Under the pieces are notes generated by a model that saw nothing but the letters and a program-made list of their open reading frames with translations, ran no database searches and had not been told where the DNA came from. Source: an uncultured Spirochaetota bacterium (GTDB taxonomy: Bacteria > Spirochaetota > Spirochaetia > SZUA-6 > CAVTHK01). From it: DNA of 64,000 nt. Made by a program: the position numbers and the translations under genes. The stretch covers positions 480,001-544,000 of the forward strand of contig CAVTHK010000011.1 of assembly GCA_963734495.1 (NCBI GenBank). The letters are read 5' to 3'. This document shows, in pieces, positions 1 through 9,710 of the stretch (position 1 is its first letter; every line of letters starts with the position of its first letter).

Positions 1-802
1 ACACCTCCGCCACTTCGCGGTTCATGGCGTTGGACATGAGGAGGATCTGCTCGAAGCCGACATCGAGGAAATGGCCCAGCCTCAGGATCAGGATGATGAT
101 GATGGTGCTGCGGATCGACGGGAGGGTAATGTACCAGAGCTGCTGCCAGCGGTTGGCTCCCTCGACGATGGCGGCTTCGTACAGCTGTACGTCGACCCCG
201 GCCAGAGCGGCGAGGAATACGATGGTTCCCCACCCGGCGTCGCGCCAGATGAACTGCGACACGATGAGCGGCCGGAACCACGCCGCGCTGAGCAGGAAAT
301 TGATGCGCTTGACGCCGATTGCCTCGAGCACGTGGTTGACTACCCCGTCTGTCGTGGACAGAAGCGTGTACGTGATGCCGGCTATCACGACCCAGGAGAG
401 GAAGTGCGGCAGGTAAGTGGTCGTCTGGACGAAGCGCTTGTAGCGTTCACCGCGGATCTCGTTCAGGAGCAGGGCGATGACGATCGTGATCGGGAAGTAG
501 AAGACCAGGTTGTAGAGCGCGATGATCAGCGTGTTGACGAGAAGCCGGATGAACTCAGGCTCGCCGAAGAACCGGTTGAAATGCTTGAGCCCCACCCACG
601 GGCTTCGGAAGAACCCGAGGTTGGGGATGAAGTCCTGGAACGCCATCAGGATGCCCCAGATGGGGATGTAGCGATAGATGACGAAATACGCGAGGCCCGG
701 CGCGAGGAGCAGAAACAGGTAGCGCTGCTTCCAGAGCAGCGCGCTCAGAGGCCTTCGCGCGGGCAGAAGGCCTGCGGCGGCACGGACAGGCGCTCGACCC
801 AT
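1..802 (-). CDS. Carbohydrate ABC transporter permease (LplB-like), runs off the left window edge
   Basis: Hand translation of the minus strand from ATG 802: LWKQRYLFLLLAPGLAYFVIYRYIPIWG...YLPHFLSWVV...LYEAAIVEGANRWQQ (EAA motif). Confidence 0.9.
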   Translation of the reverse strand, partial: MGRAPVRAAAGLLPARRPLSALLWKQRYLFLLLAPGLAYFVIYRYIPIWGILMAFQDFIPNLGFFRSPWVGLKHFNRFFGEPEFIRLLVNTLIIALYNLVFYFPITIVIALLLNEIRGERYKRFVQTTTYLPHFLSWVVIAGITYTLLSTTDGVVNHVLEAIGVKRINFLLSAAWFRPLIVSQFIWRDAGWGTIVFLAALAGVDVQLYEAAIVEGANRWQQLWYITLPSIRSTIIIILILRLGHFLDVGFEQILLMSNAMNREVAEV

Positions 803-865
803 GCTTCGTCAACTCCGGGGAGTGGACTCGCGGACCTCGCTGCGTCGCGCAACGGCGCTTTTCGG

Positions 866-893
866 ATAGTAGCATGGTCGGCGCGGTTGTCAA
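866..893 (-). promoter_or_regulatory. Sigma70-like promoter for the permease
   Basis: Minus strand TTGACA-16 nt-TACTAT. Confidence 0.55.
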
Positions 894-1096
894 CACGGGC
901 GGGCGTCTCGAACCGGCGGGGCGTCATCCTCAGCGTTCTTCCGTGTTGACGGCGACCTGACGGCGGAGGCCATTTCTTTGACGGCGCGGGACACGACTTG
1001 GCCGTCCCCCTTGCGGTGGACAGGCTGCCTCGTAGACTTGGCTCGAGTGATGTCGCGGGCGCCGGTCCGAGCTCGCCAGAACACAGGAGGAGAGTC

Positions 1097-1915
1097 ATGT
1101 CGAAAGCGATCACGGCCGTGATGGAGCGCTGGGTACAGATCTGGAACGAAGGGAACCTCGCTGCGGTTGACGAGACCGTCGCTGCCGACTACGTGGACCA
1201 TTCGTCGTTGCGGGGGGACATGCGAGGGCCGGACGCCGTAAAGGACTCCTACCAGGGGTTTCACTCGGCCTTCCCTGACATGCACTTCACGGTGATCGAT
1301 CGCGTGGTCGAGGGCGACAAGGTCATGCAGTGTTGGGCCTTCAACGGCACCCACAAGGGCGAGTGGATCGGTATCGCGGCAACCGGGAAGCTGATCACCT
1401 TCACGGGCATGGACAGATTCCGCGTTGCCGGAGGCAGGATCGCAGAGTCCTGGACGCACTGGGACATGGGGGCGTTCCTGCAGCAAGTGGGCAAGGCGCC
1501 TGCCGAGTCGGCAGCCTCCAGGGCCGTCGTTCAGCGCTGGGGGGAGATCTGGAACGAGGGCAGGATGTCTACGGTCGACGAAATCGTCTCAGCCGACTTC
1601 GTGCAGCATTCGTCGTTGCGCGGGGACAGGCGAGGGCGGGAGGTCGTCAGGGAGTCCTATCAGAGATATCGCTCCGCGTTTCCCGACATGCATTTCACGG
1701 TAATGGGCCTGGTCGCCGAAGGGGACATGGTCGTGATGCACTGGGGCTTCAAAGGCACGCACCGGGGCGAGTGGAACGGGGTCGCGGCAACAGGGAAGCC
1801 GATCACCTACAAGGGCTTCGACCTCTTCCGCGTCGTTGACGGCAAGATCGTGGAGAACCGGAGCTGCTGGGACATGGGAGCGTTCCTGCGGCAGGCGGGC
1901 AAAACCATCTCGTAG
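1097..1915 (+). CDS. Tandem SnoaL-like (ester cyclase/NTF2-like) protein with two domains
   Basis: Two copies of RW..IWNEG..D..V.AD.V.H...SAFPDMHFTV....EGD.V...W.F.GTH.GEW.G.AATGK; AGGAGG RBS before ATG 1097. Confidence 0.88.
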   Translation: MSKAITAVMERWVQIWNEGNLAAVDETVAADYVDHSSLRGDMRGPDAVKDSYQGFHSAFPDMHFTVIDRVVEGDKVMQCWAFNGTHKGEWIGIAATGKLITFTGMDRFRVAGGRIAESWTHWDMGAFLQQVGKAPAESAASRAVVQRWGEIWNEGRMSTVDEIVSADFVQHSSLRGDRRGREVVRESYQRYRSAFPDMHFTVMGLVAEGDMVVMHWGFKGTHRGEWNGVAATGKPITYKGFDLFRVVDGKIVENRSCWDMGAFLRQAGKTIS

Positions 1916-2040
1916 GCGCGGCGGCCCCGACGGGCGGCGGGCGACCTTCTTCTATTACTATATACTGTGCTCTGTGGCGGCGCGTGAGGCGTCTTCGCGC
2001 GTGCGCGTCGCCCGCGAGTCCTCGAATCAGGGAGGCGCAT

Positions 2041-3318
2041 GTGGCCTACGAGACGATCCTCACGATGAGCTCCTCGGCGATCAAGTACGGGTTCGGCGCG
2101 ACGCGCGAGATCGGCTACGACATGAAGGAGCTCGGCGCCTCGCGAGTCATGGTGGTCACCGATCCGCGCCTCGCGGCGTTCGAGCCGGTCGCGATTGTCA
2201 TCGAGGCCCTCAAGAAGCACGGCATCGACGCCGTGCTCTACGACCACGTGCGCGTAGAGCCTACGGACTCGTCGTTCAAGGAGGCGATCGCGTTCGCGCG
2301 CGACGGCCGGTTCGACGGGTTCGTGGGGGTCGGCGGCGGCTCGAGCCTCGACACGGCCAAGGCGGCCAACCTCTATGCGACATGGCCAGCCGATTTCCTC
2401 ACGTACGTGAACGCCCCGATCGGCAAGGGGACTCCCGTGCCAGGGCCGCTCAAGCCGCTCATCGGCGTGCCCACGACCGCGGGCACGGGAAGCGAGACCA
2501 CCGGCGTGGCCATATTCGACTTCGAAGAGATGAAGGCCAAGACCGGCATCGCGCACCGCTTTCTCCGCCCGGCGCTCGGCATCATCGACCCGGACAATAC
2601 GCGCACCATGCCGTGGGTGGTGGCGGCGAGCACGGGCTTCGACGTGCTGGTTCACGCGATCGAGTCGTACACGAACCTCCCGTTCGACCGCAGGGAAGCG
2701 CCGCCCGACCCGAGCCTGCGCCCTGCCTACCAGGGCTCAAACCCGGTCAGCGACGTGTGGGCCAGACGGGCGATCGAGATCGTCAGCGGCAAGCTCATCC
2801 GCGCCATCGAAGAGCCCTCGGACGTCGAGGCGCGCAGCCGGATGATGCTGGCCTCTACGTTTGCAGGCGTGGGATTCGGGAACGCGGGGCTGCACCTTCC
2901 CCACGGCATGTCCTACGCCGTTTCCGGGCTGGTGCGCGACTACGTCGCACCGGGCTACCCGCCGGGGCACCCGCTCATCCCTCACGGCATGTCCGTGGTG
3001 CTGAACGCACCGGCCGCCCTTCGGTTCACCGGCCCGGCCCGGCCGGAGCGGCACCTCGAGGCCGCGCGCCTCATGGGAGTCGACACGCGGGACTCACGTC
3101 TCGAGGACGCCGGCGACATCCTGGCCCGCGCCGTGATCGAGCTGATGAAGAAGGCGCGCATGCCCAACGGTCTCGCCGCCGTCGGCTACACCGAGGCGGA
3201 CCTCGACAGGCTCGTGGAGGGCACGCTGCCCCAGCACCGCGTCACCAAGCTCAGCCCGCGGCCCTTTACGCCCGCGGATATCAGGCAGCTGTTCCGCGAC
3301 TCACTGCGGATCTGGTAG
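2041..3318 (+). CDS. Hydroxyacid-oxoacid transhydrogenase (iron-containing ADH family, HOT/ADHFE1-like)
   Basis: VRVEPTDSSF, GGGSSLDTAK, PTTAGTGSETT, RPAYQGSNP, GLHLPHGMSY, IPHG motifs; GTG start after GGAGG. Confidence 0.88.
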   Translation: MAYETILTMSSSAIKYGFGATREIGYDMKELGASRVMVVTDPRLAAFEPVAIVIEALKKHGIDAVLYDHVRVEPTDSSFKEAIAFARDGRFDGFVGVGGGSSLDTAKAANLYATWPADFLTYVNAPIGKGTPVPGPLKPLIGVPTTAGTGSETTGVAIFDFEEMKAKTGIAHRFLRPALGIIDPDNTRTMPWVVAASTGFDVLVHAIESYTNLPFDRREAPPDPSLRPAYQGSNPVSDVWARRAIEIVSGKLIRAIEEPSDVEARSRMMLASTFAGVGFGNAGLHLPHGMSYAVSGLVRDYVAPGYPPGHPLIPHGMSVVLNAPAALRFTGPARPERHLEAARLMGVDTRDSRLEDAGDILARAVIELMKKARMPNGLAAVGYTEADLDRLVEGTLPQHRVTKLSPRPFTPADIRQLFRDSLRIW

Positions 3319-3346
3319 TCAATTGAAGAAGGCCGCAGCACCGTTG

Positions 3347-4500
3347 ATGGAAACGGAGCCGTTGCGGCCGGCTGCTTTCGTCTCGCGCCTCAACCGGTTC
3401 GTGGCGTCGTGCCTGCTCGAGGACGCTCGCGGACGACGACGGCGCGTGAGCGCCTACATGGCGAACCCCGGCCGGATGTGGGAGATGCTGCTGCCCGGCG
3501 CCGAGCTCCTGCTCGCGCCGCGGCCACGGGGCCGCATCAGGTGGGAGGCCGTGGGGCTGCGCTGGACGGAGCGCTGGCCCGGCGACCGGCCGCGCGTCGT
3601 TTTCCTGAATGCCGGCCAGGTCGCTCGTGTCGCCGAGAAGCTGCTGCGGGAGCGTCTGATCCCGGAGCTCGCAGACGCGACCGTCGACAGGAGAGAGGCG
3701 CAGGCAGGCGAGTCGCGCATCGACCTGCTGCTGTCGCGCGTCGGCCGGCCCTATCTCCTGGAGGTGAAATCCGCGACGCTGGTCGAGCACGGCCTCGCGC
3801 TCTTTCCGGACGCGCAGAGCGTGCGGGCGCGGCGCCATCTGGAGGCGCTTGCGCGGGCCGGCGACGGGGTGCGCGCCGGCGTGTTGTTTCTCGTCCAGGG
3901 GGACGCCAATCGCTTTCTGCCTGACTTCCACACCGACCTGGACTTTGCGCGCGCATTCGGCGAGGTGCGCGACAAGGTAGACTTCTTCGCTTACGCCCTG
4001 GAGCCGACTCTGGGCGACGACGGCCGCCTGCGATTCGCCGGGCGGCCGCGTCGCCTCGCGATCCCGTGGGAATCCTTCGAGGCCGGCGCTGCCGACGGGG
4101 GGCTCTACATCCTGCTGCTGCGCCTGGCGAGGGGCGCGCGCCTCGAGGCGGGCGCCCTCGGCCGGCTCGACTACCCGGCGGGCTGGTACGCCTACGTCGG
4201 CTCGGCGCGCCGGGCCCTCAGGCGCGCCTCGCCAGGCACCTGCGGCTCGAAAAGAGGCGCCACTGGCACATCGACGCGCTGCGCGCGTCCGCGGCCGATG
4301 TGAAAGCCCTCGCGATCCGCGGCACCCGCCGCGGCGAATGCGAGCTGGCTGCTGCCGTGCGCGCGATCTCCGACGGCTCCGTGCCGCGCTTCGGTGCCTC
4401 CGACTGCCGCTGCCCCGGCCACCTCTTCCGCTTCGCCTACGACCCGCTGCACACCGCCCGCTTCCAGCGGCTCCTCACGGAGTGGCGCGCCAGCGTGTAG
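3347..4500 (+). CDS. sfsA: SfsA DNA/RNA nuclease fused to a DUF123/GIY-YIG (Uri) domain; frameshift near 4220
   Basis: RLNRF...[30 protein letters not shown] (SfsA), then [16 protein letters not shown]; second frame continues [35 protein letters not shown]. Confidence 0.8.
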
Positions 4501-4595
4501 ATGCTCGGCGAAGCGGCCGGGTGCTCGGTCGCCTGTGGCGCGGCGCACGCAGCCTGTTTGCCCGCACGCGCGTCGATCGCTATGATAGTCGCGTC

Positions 4596-5363
4596 ATGCC
4601 CCCGACGAAGAAGAACTACCTGATCGACATGGACGGCGTGCTGGTGCGAGGGACCTCGCTCGTCCCCGGCGCGGACGGCTTTGTCGCGCGCCTGGTCGAG
4701 CGCTCGTGCGAGTTCCTCGTTCTCACGAACAACCCCCAGTACACGCAGAAGGATCTCTCGTACCGCCTGAGCGGCCTCGGGCTGGAGGTCGAGCCCCGCC
4801 GCATATTCACGTCGGCCATGGCCACGGCGAGCTTCCTCCAGTCGCAGAAGAGCAACGGGAAGGTCTTCGTCATCGGCGAGAGCGGTCTCACCGGTCCGCT
4901 GCACGACGCGGGCATGATCATCACCGACAAGGACCCCTGGTACGTCGTGCTCGGCGAGACGCAGTCATACAGCATCCAGCAGGTCACCACGGCGATCAGG
5001 CTCATCGGGCGCGGGGCTCGCTTTATCGCGACCAACCCCGATCCGGCCGGCCCCGGGGACGGCGGGATCGTGCCCGCCTGCGGCGCCATGGCGGCGCTCA
5101 TAGAGAAGGCGACCGGCGTGAGCCCCTTCTTCATTGGCAAACCCAACCCGCTGATGATGCGGACCGCGCTCAAGTACCTCGGCGTGCACTCGGAGAACAC
5201 CGTGATGATCGGCGACCGCATGGACACCGACATCGTGGCGGGCGTGGAAAGCGGGCTCGAGACGATCCTGGTGCTGAGCGGGGTCACGGGGCCGGGCGAC
5301 GTGGATCGTTACCCGTACTCGCCCACCCGGATCGCCGCGTCCGTCGCGGAGATAGAACCCTAG
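4596..5363 (+). CDS. nagD: HAD-IIA hydrolase (NagD-like)
   Basis: [37 protein letters not shown]. Confidence 0.88.
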   Translation: MPPTKKNYLIDMDGVLVRGTSLVPGADGFVARLVERSCEFLVLTNNPQYTQKDLSYRLSGLGLEVEPRRIFTSAMATASFLQSQKSNGKVFVIGESGLTGPLHDAGMIITDKDPWYVVLGETQSYSIQQVTTAIRLIGRGARFIATNPDPAGPGDGGIVPACGAMAALIEKATGVSPFFIGKPNPLMMRTALKYLGVHSENTVMIGDRMDTDIVAGVESGLETILVLSGVTGPGDVDRYPYSPTRIAASVAEIEP

Positions 5364-5548
5364 CCGCCCTTGAGCTTTTCCGGGGTCGATTCGTTCAGCA
5401 GCAGCTTCGCGAAGTTCCGGTATCCGACCTTGCGGTACTTCTTCATCAGTTCCGCCAGGGCCCGATAGGCATCGGGGTAGCTGCTCTGGAACTCTTTGAC
5501 GCGAGCATCAACTTCCTTGAGCTCCTCGAGATCGGCGACTGCAGGCAT
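5360..5548 (-). CDS. Small hypothetical protein (62 aa)
   Basis: GGGGAGGAG RBS before [16 protein letters not shown]...[16 protein letters not shown]; coding-like composition. Confidence 0.65.
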   Translation of the reverse strand: MPAVADLEELKEVDARVKEFQSSYPDAYRALAELMKKYRKVGYRNFAKLLLNESTPEKLKGG

Positions 5549-5594
5549 ACGCTCCTCCCCCTCTGGGCGTCCGGATCCACAAACGTTTCCAGCA

Positions 5595-5615
5595 CAGCCG
5601 AGCTGCGCTCGGCTG
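5595..5615. terminator. Stem-loop downstream of hicB
   Basis: CAGCCGAGC-TGC-GCTCGGCTG perfect 9-bp stem. Confidence 0.4.
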
Positions 5616-5627
5616 ATGCCCCGATGC

Positions 5628-5840
5628 TTAGTCGACCTGCACGTACGCCGAAGTGGACTGCGCTTCGGGCACCGGGAGCCCTTCGGCTCGCAGTCCTTCG
5701 ACGTGCATCTCCATGGCACCGCGCATGCGCGAGCGCGTCTCCCTGAGGGTCCTCCCCGTGGCGATGCAGCCGGGGAGATCGGGCGAATATGCCGAGTAGC
5801 CCGTTTCGCCTCTCTCGATAATGATGAGGTACTTCCTCAC
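5628..5840 (-). CDS. hicB: HicB family antitoxin
   Basis: YLIIIERGETGYSAYSPDLPGCIATGRT..E....A...H.EGL..EG.PVP. Confidence 0.9.
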   Translation of the reverse strand: MRKYLIIIERGETGYSAYSPDLPGCIATGRTLRETRSRMRGAMEMHVEGLRAEGLPVPEAQSTSAYVQVD

Positions 5841-5841
5841 G

Positions 5842-6033
5842 TCATCGCCCCTTCAAGCCAGCTTGCCGCAGCACGCTGGCGAGCGTCTTCTTCATGACCT
5901 CGTCGCCGAGATGGCCGGACACCGTCACCACCCCCCGTTCGATCGGATGTCTGTACTGGCGGTGATCGCCCCGCGTTCTGGCGAGGTACCACCCCCGCGT
6001 CTCGATCAGTCTAATGAGGTCCCGAACCTTCAA
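5842..6033 (-). CDS. hicA: HicA family toxin
   Basis: TTG start; KVRDLIRLIETRGWYLARTRGDHRQYRHP...VTVSGH..DEV..TL.SVLRQAGL. Confidence 0.88.
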   Translation of the reverse strand: MKVRDLIRLIETRGWYLARTRGDHRQYRHPIERGVVTVSGHLGDEVMKKTLASVLRQAGLKGR

Positions 6034-6318
6034 GCAAGTGCCTCGCAGGCGCTGGCGTCGGCGACGAGCGCCTTTTATCAGGACTAACGGCGCGAGGCGG
6101 CTTTGCGCCTTCACGCGGGGTGCGTCGGAACCCGGTGGCGGCCGGCCGCGACCCTGGTTACGCGGCGCGCGCACGCTGCGGATGCGTCGGTGTGTTGTGC
6201 CGCCAATCCCCTGCTCGGCCGTGACTTGCCACCGCAGGCAAAGCGCAGCGCAGGCTGGCACGCTTGCTGCTTTCCTGATCTCTGATACTCTGGAAGAAGG
6301 CTTACGCCGGGGAACCGC

Positions 6319-8902
6319 ATGCACGTCACCCTTGGGCTCGACCTCGACGGTGCGATCTACCGTCGGCTGCCGCCGGACGGCGCCGACATGGACGTGCTCG
6401 CGGCCGGCCCGGCCGGCTTTGTCGGGCTGCTGGAGGAGCGGCTCGGCCTGCCGCCGGCGCCCGAGGAGCCGGTGCTGCGCGTGTTCGGCTGGGAGCGCGC
6501 GCTCGCTGCCGCCGACAACGGCGGCCGCTTCTATTCCGCGTCGTTCGCGCTCGACCCCTTCGGCACCGCTCAGGCTCTGCTCGCCGAGCGTGACGCCCTT
6601 CTGCTCTGTGCGCCGTCGACGTGGCGCCTGGCCGCTCTCGCGGGACGCCGGCGGCCGGCTTGCGGACCTGGCCGCGGCAGAGGCGGCCGCGACCGCGCTC
6701 CCGTCCGGTCTCCCGGAGCGCCTGCGCGCGATCCTCGCTGAGCTGCGCCTCGACCGCATTCCGCTGGCCATCGAGCGCCTCACGCTCTGCGACCCGCGCG
6801 AAGAGTGGCAGCCGCTCTTTGCCGAGGTCATCGATGCCGTGGCAGCCAGGGGCGCGCAGCTGGACGCATGGCCATGGGAGCGCGCGCGAGCGGCCGGCGA
6901 CCTCGGTGTCGCGCAACGCGCGCTCGCGGGCGAGGCGGGGGAGCGGCCGCGGGCAGCGGGCGACGGCAGCCTCGCTCTCGTTCGGGGCGCGAGCGGCGCC
7001 GAGGCCGCGGACCTGGCGGCGGCCCTGCTGGCGCAGCAGGTCGAGCGCTTCGGCGCCGACGAAGTCGCGGTGATCGACAGCAGGGGCGACGGGAATCTCG
7101 ACGAGGCCCTCGCCCGCGCCGGATTCGCCCTGTGCGGCGGCAGCAGCGCGTCCCGGGGCGTCGACGCGCGGCAGGTGCTGGCGCTGACGCTGCTTCTGCA
7201 GTGGCGTCCGGCGGACCCCTACCTCGTGCAGCAGCTCGTCCTGCTGCAGGACTCGCCGCAGCCGCGCGACGTCAGGCAGCAGGTGCTCCAGGCCCTGCGC
7301 GAGACGCCCGGGCCGCGGGCCTGGCGCGGCGCTCTCGACATCGAAACGGTCGACGCCGACGCACAGCTCCCGGTCGACCGCATAGATCACGCCTGCGCGC
7401 GCGTCGCGGCGTGGGCTATGCGCAGGGCGCACGCCGGGGAGCAGAGCCCGGAGCGCGTCGCGCTGTTCCAGCAGGTCGCCCGCGAAGCGCGGCTTGCGGG
7501 GCGGGCGGCGCCCATGCGCGCGCCGGCGTTCGGGCGGCAGGAGCTGGCACGGCTGCTGGCAGACCTGGCGCAGGCGGCGCCCGTGGAGAGCCGCACCGTG
7601 CGCGAAGCCGGCGCGCCCGTGGCCGTCGCGTCGCCGGGCGCGCTGCTGAGCGCGCCGGCTGCCGTTGTGTGGTACGGCGCGGACGGCGATGCGCTCGCGA
7701 CGCCGCGGCGGTCCTTCTGGTCGCCCGCGGAGCGGGGGGCGCTGGCGGGCGCAGGCGTGCTCCTCCCCGACCCCGACCGCGCCGTCGCGCGCGAGATGGC
7801 GGCCGCCGGGAGGGCGGTGGGCATGACGCGTGAAGCCTTCACCTTTGTCCATGCCGAGGCGACGGGGGACCGGCACTCCGGCACGCATCCGGTCTGGCAC
7901 AAGCTGCTGCGCGCCTTTGAAGAGCGGGGCCGCGAGGCGGCGCTTGCCTTTGACGGCCTCGAGCTGATCGGCCGCGGCGCCGCTCCGGGCGGCGCCGCAC
8001 TTACCACCGCGAGGCCCGACCGGCCCGCCTGCCTGGCCGGCGGCCGCGCCGTGTGGCAGCTGCCCGCGGGCATGGAACCCCGCGAGACCGAATCGCCGAG
8101 CTCCCTCGAAAAGCTGGTCTCCTGTCCCTTTGGCTACGCGCTGCGTTACGGCGCCGGCGTCGCCGACGAAGACCTCTACGCCCTGGCCGATGGAAGCGTC
8201 GCCCTGGGCACGATCGCTCACGCGGCGCTCGAGAGATGGCTCGCCGAAGGCCTGGGCGCCGACCCCGGGGGCTGCTTTGACCGCGTGGTGGCGGAGGAGG
8301 CTGCGCTCCTGCTCGGCCCGGGCCGCGACGTCGAGCGCGAGGGTGCGCGCGACGCGGTGATCCGCTCGGCCGCCAAGCTTGCTGACGTTATGGCTCGGGG
8401 CGCCCTGCGCCCGGTCGGCTTCGAGCAGAAGCTGTCGGGCCAGACCGAAGTCGGGCGGGTCGAAGGACGCGCGGATCTCGTGCTCCAGCGGGGTGAGGAT
8501 CCGGAGGCGCTCGCGGTGATCGACCTCAAGTGGGGCAGCGAGAACTTTCGCAGAGAGAGCCTGGAACAAGGCCGCGCCCTTCAACTGGCCGCCTACGCCC
8601 GGTTGGCCGGCGGCCGCGTCGCGCCGACGGCCTACCTGATCCTCGTGACCGCCGAGCTGCTCACCGTGCACGGAGACGTCTTTCCCGGCGCGGACGTCGT
8701 GCTCGGCGATGCAGAGCCCGAAGTGTGGGAACGAATGGCCGCGGTCGCCCGGGAACAGAAGGCCGCACTGGCCGCGGGCCGCGTGCTCGTCGGCTCGCCG
8801 GAAGAGCCGTCGGAGGACGACGGCCTGCTGGTGGCTGCGGGCTGCCGGTTCTGCGGCTTTGCGCTTTTCTGCCGCGTCGACGCCGTCGAGGAGGCGCGTT
8901 GA
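6319..8902 (+). CDS. AddB/AdnA-like protein: helicase-like N-terminus plus C-terminal PD-(D/E)XK (RecB-family) nuclease with Fe-S cysteines; frameshift near 6610-6640
   Basis: N-term MHVTLGLDLDG..LEERLGL..FYSASFALDPFGTA..LL (frame of 6319) continues in the frame of ORF 6014. C-term SPSSLE..CPF..GTIAH..E..GRADLV..IDLK..QLAAY..CRFC....C. Confidence 0.82.
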
Positions 8903-8912
8903 TGAAGCGGCC
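8825..8912 (+). repeat. Direct repeat copy 1 (88 bp): 3' end of the nuclease gene plus an ATG-AAG start
   Basis: Gapless match to 9623-9710 with about 10 mismatches (hand count). Confidence 0.9.
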
Positions 8913-8926
8913 TGCGCGCGGACATT

Positions 8927-8961
8927 CCCATATTGACGTATGGGTACCTTACCCATACACT
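8927..8961 (+). promoter_or_regulatory. vapBC promoter with palindromic operators; probably leaderless
   Basis: TTGACG(8933)-17-TACACT(8956), ATG 6 nt downstream; inverted repeats GTATGGGTA-CCT-TACCCATAC and CCCATA-TTGACG-TATGGG. Confidence 0.75.
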
Positions 8962-8967
8962 GTTCCC

Positions 8968-9201
8968 ATGAAGATCACTGTCGAGATCGATGACAAGAAG
9001 CTTTCGCATTTGATGAAGCTGACAGGAATACGCACCAAGACCCGTGCCCTGGACTACGCCCTGAGGATGGCTGAGCGAGGCGCCCGGCGAGACCGTCTTC
9101 TGGAAACGATCCTGCGGCCCGAGGAATTGACCGGCGCGGTGGATCCAGCCTACGACGTGCTGGCGCTCCGCAAAAAAGAGAAGCCGAGCCGCAGGCGATG
9201 A
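8968..9201 (+). CDS. vapB: VapB-family antitoxin
   Basis: MKITVEIDDKKL..LMKLTG.RTKT.A.DYAL; ATGA-type overlap with the PIN gene. Confidence 0.85.
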   Translation: MKITVEIDDKKLSHLMKLTGIRTKTRALDYALRMAERGARRDRLLETILRPEELTGAVDPAYDVLALRKKEKPSRRR

Positions 9202-9605
9202 TGTACCTGGTCGATTCCACCATTTACATCGATCTTCTTCGAGCCCGCAGAGACCCGGTCCAGGTCCTGCGGCCGTGGCTCGCCCACGATGAGGTCCTCG
9301 CCAGCGGCGTCGTTCGCTGCGAGGTGCTTCGCGGGATCGTCGACAGGCGGGTGCACGAAAGGATGAGCGACCTGTTCGAGGTTCTCCCGACGGTGCTGAC
9401 CGATGAACCGATGTGGAACCGCACTGCCGAGCTGGCCTGGAGCCTCGACCGGCGGGGAGTGGTTTTGCCGGTAACCGACCTGCTGATCGCCTCCTGTGCA
9501 CTGCGCGCCGGCGCGACCGTCGTGTCCACAGACGAGCATTTCCGGCGCGTTCCTGAGCTGACCGTCTTGCGCGCCCTGCCCACTGCGTCGGAGCCGGCAG
9601 GGTGA
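9198..9605 (+). CDS. vapC: VapC PIN-domain toxin
   Basis: YLVDST..ID, EVLRG, TDLLIA, STDEHF acidic PIN motifs. Confidence 0.9.
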   Translation: MMYLVDSTIYIDLLRARRDPVQVLRPWLAHDEVLASGVVRCEVLRGIVDRRVHERMSDLFEVLPTVLTDEPMWNRTAELAWSLDRRGVVLPVTDLLIASCALRAGATVVSTDEHFRRVPELTVLRALPTASEPAG

Positions 9606-9622
9606 TCGCAGGCGTGCTCAGG

Positions 9623-9710
9623 CTGCCGGTGGCCGCGGGCTGGCGGTTCTGCGGCTTTACGCTCTTCTGCCGCGTCGACGCCGTCGAGGAGGCCCCTCGA
9701 TAAAGCAGCC
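9623..9710 (+). repeat. Direct repeat copy 2 (88 bp) supplying the RBS and first codons of the helicase
   Basis: Copy of 8825-8912; the ATG of copy 1 reads ATA here (9700). Confidence 0.9.

Noticed and set aside
4200-4240. Programmed ribosomal frameshift in the sfsA fusion (and in other split genes)
   Set aside because: No slippery heptamer; scattered indels across the window favour sequencing error.
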